Below, one piece after another: positions 7,534 through 8,001 of a DNA stretch of 8,001 nucleotides. The notes beneath the pieces were generated by a model. The model made no database searches, was not told the origin of the DNA, and was given only the letters and a program-made list of their open reading frames with translations. Origin of the DNA: Octopus sinensis. Taxonomy: Eukaryota. Position numbers and translations under genes: made by a program. Position 1 is the first letter of the stretch; every line of letters starts with the position of its first letter. The stretch covers positions 1 to 8,001 of the forward strand of contig NW_021828555.1 in assembly GCF_006345805.1 (NCBI RefSeq). Reading direction: 5' to 3'.

Positions 7534-7825
7534 CAGTAATTAACGCATTAACACCCTACAAAGCTACATGTGTTTCGATACATAGTTTCATCCTTCTCGA
7601 GGTGGTAATATATCTCACCTATGAAAAGTTATAAAACTGGGTGCGGAAACAAATGAACCTTTGTGAGGTGTTGCGGCCTTAATTAGTGACTAGACTCCAT
7701 ACAGACATATATATATATATAATGTATTCGATCCTGTATTGATTTTTAGTATTATCGATTTAGGTTGGAATATAGGTTTACGTTATTTTTCATTCTCGGA
7801 CTCTGTCTATCTCAGTTTCGCTCTG

Positions 7826-7917
7826 CATATATGTGTGTGTGCGTTTGTGTGTATGTCTGTGTGTATATGTGTGTGTATGTAGCTATCTATCTATATTAAT
7901 ATATATAGAGAGAGAGA
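7826..7917. repeat. Compound (TG)n/(CTAT)n/(TA)n/(GA)n microsatellite
   Basis: Visible short runs, including ctatctatctat at 7883-7894. Confidence 0.8.
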
Positions 7918-7945
7918 TGGCTTGATATGAATACACTTACATATA

Positions 7946-8001
7946 TTGAGCATAGTCCTATGAACCCAGAAATCGAAAACAGAGAGTTGCTTATTTGCAA
8001 A
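7946..8001 (+). mobile_element. Second, severely 5'-truncated copy of the Tx1 3' end (runs off the window)
   Basis: Ungapped match to 2648-2703 at 49/56 positions, with all 7 differences being transitions. It reads LSIVL* against LSIIL* in the first copy, then continues into the 3'UTR. Confidence 0.88.

Noticed and set aside
7584-7620. tttcatccttctcgaggtgg, resembling the SINE segment at 3393-3405, plus a 5-bp aggtg/cacct stem
   Set aside because: The match is too short and the flanks do not extend it; compatible with chance.
7230-7634. His/Thr- and Cys/Val-rich ORFs
   Set aside because: Translations of (CA)n/(TG)n/(TA)n repeats.
1-8001. An intact, active or domesticated retroelement protein
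   Set aside because: Both ORF2 remnants have multiple stops and frameshifts, including lesions beside the catalytic motifs; no segment stands out as selectively preserved.

Overview
Eukaryotic, repeat-saturated non-coding DNA with no recognisable host gene, CRISPR array or prokaryotic system. The SINE families resemble those I recall from octopus genomes, so a coleoid cephalopod origin is my unverified inference. In order, the window holds: (1) the 3' ~3 kb of a decayed Tx1/L1-clade non-LTR retrotransposon (post-endonuclease linker, RT with YADD, CCHC finger, 3'UTR, AATAAA) ending directly on an ~215-bp (ATCT)n array; (2) a cluster of three tRNA-derived SINE copies, two of them an inverted, tail-to-tail pair of one family; (3) AT/GT microsatellite-rich DNA; (4) a 5'-truncated, decayed CR1/L2-group LINE (partial APE endonuclease, RT with YADD, short 3'UTR with a stem-loop) between (TA)n tracts; (5) more microsatellites and, at the window edge, the start of a second, severely 5'-truncated copy of the Tx1 3' end. 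All long ORFs in the track are broken LINE ORF2 pieces or translations of microsatellites. I found no novel system. The best leads are possible microsatellite targeting by the Tx1 family, a possible LINE-SINE 3'-tail partnership and the inverted SINE pair as a potential dsRNA.
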